A stretch of DNA of 64,000 nt, from assembly GCA_043228905.1 (NCBI GenBank), contig JBHGNT010000064.1:1-64000 (forward strand), read 5' to 3'. The notes beneath the pieces were generated by a model. It saw only the letters and a program-made list of their open reading frames with translations. It searched no databases and was not told where the DNA came from. Positions 63,373 to 64,000 of this stretch are shown here, piece by piece (positions within the stretch are counted from its first letter, which is position 1; each line of letters begins with the position of its first letter). The translations under genes were made by a program, and so were the position numbers. The stretch is from Azolla caroliniana. Its lineage: Eukaryota > Plantae > Polypodiophyta.

Positions 63373-64000
63373 ATGGCGACATCTATCGTGTCTTCTCTTT
63401 CCTCCTCCTCCTCCTCCTCCTCAACACTGACAACGCTCATGATGCAAGTGAGCAGACCGCTGATGGCAGCCTACCATAGAGATTATTACAATGAGTCCAA
63501 TCACAGCTGCAACAGAAGCCGAAGCCTAAGCCGAAGCCGAAGCGGGCGGTGGTCAGATGGCAGGAGGATCCTCCTCCATTTCAGCCCCAGCCCCAGCCCC
63601 AGCCCCTCCATGATGGTAGCAGCAGCCACTTCCGCTTCTTCTTCTTCTTCTTCTTCTTCTTCTTCTTCTCATCAACAGATGAAGACGAAGAAGAAGAACA
63701 TGATGTTGTCCTCCAAGGGGGAGGGGGAAGCAGGGGTGAAGGATGAGGATGCTAATAATGTGGTTCAGGTGCACACGGTGAAGCAATTTGAGGAGGCTCT
63801 GGAGGCGGCAAAGAACAAGCTGGTGGTTGTGGAGTATGCGGCGAGCCACAGCCCGAAGAGCCGGAAGATATACCCGGCCATGGTGGAGCTGAGCACTTCA
63901 TGCCCCGACGCTGTCTTCCTGCTGGTGATGGGCGACGAGTCGAGCGAGACGCAGGAGTTGTGCCGGAGGGCGAAGGTGGAGAAAGTGCCACACTTCGTGT
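63373..64000 (+). CDS. CDSP32: Chloroplastic thioredoxin-like protein CDSP32, 5' part; runs off the window
   Basis: Open frame absent from the ORF track because it has no stop: Ser-rich transit peptide, then [66 protein letters not shown]. Confidence 0.88.
   Translation, partial: MATSIVSSLSSSSSSSSTLTTLMMQVSRPLMAAYHRDYYNESNHSCNRSRSLSRSRSGRWSDGRRILLHFSPSPSPSPSMMVAAATSASSSSSSSSSSSHQQMKTKKKNMMLSSKGEGEAGVKDEDANNVVQVHTVKQFEEALEAAKNKLVVVEYAASHSPKSRKIYPAMVELSTSCPDAVFLLVMGDESSETQELCRRAKVEKVPHFV

Noticed and set aside
62989-63382. Short ORFs upstream of CDSP32
   Set aside because: Derived from CT, CTT, AG and AT microsatellites.

Overview
Eukaryotic, transposon-dense land-plant DNA (spliceosomal introns, Copia/LINE/hAT elements, AG microsatellites; a seed-free plant such as a fern is my guess). 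There are two host genes: an 8-exon EMC10 (16323-22283) and the 5' part of the thioredoxin-like CDSP32 (63373 to the window end). The standout is a ~9 kb cut-and-paste DNA transposon present three times. It has 36-bp TIRs (AACACGTTCGCGTTCACAAGTGGAAGGATYGCGCAT), 4-bp TSDs and a Sola1-like DDD transposase. Divergently from the transposase it carries a six-exon, 974-codon gene fusing a ParB/Srx-like domain to a prokaryotic-type beta-class N6-adenine/N4-cytosine DNA methyltransferase. Intron 1 of that gene holds a variable array of near-perfect 31-43 bp palindromes whose spacers occur in both orientations. Copy 1 (window start to 4799) has an intact transposase. Copy 3 (38143-52749) sits inside copy 2 (34244-54622) and has an intact methyltransferase but a dead transposase. 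The rest is nested LTR, LINE and hAT material whose insertion order can be reconstructed from TSDs. All family assignments are by-eye motif recognition; no database searches were run.
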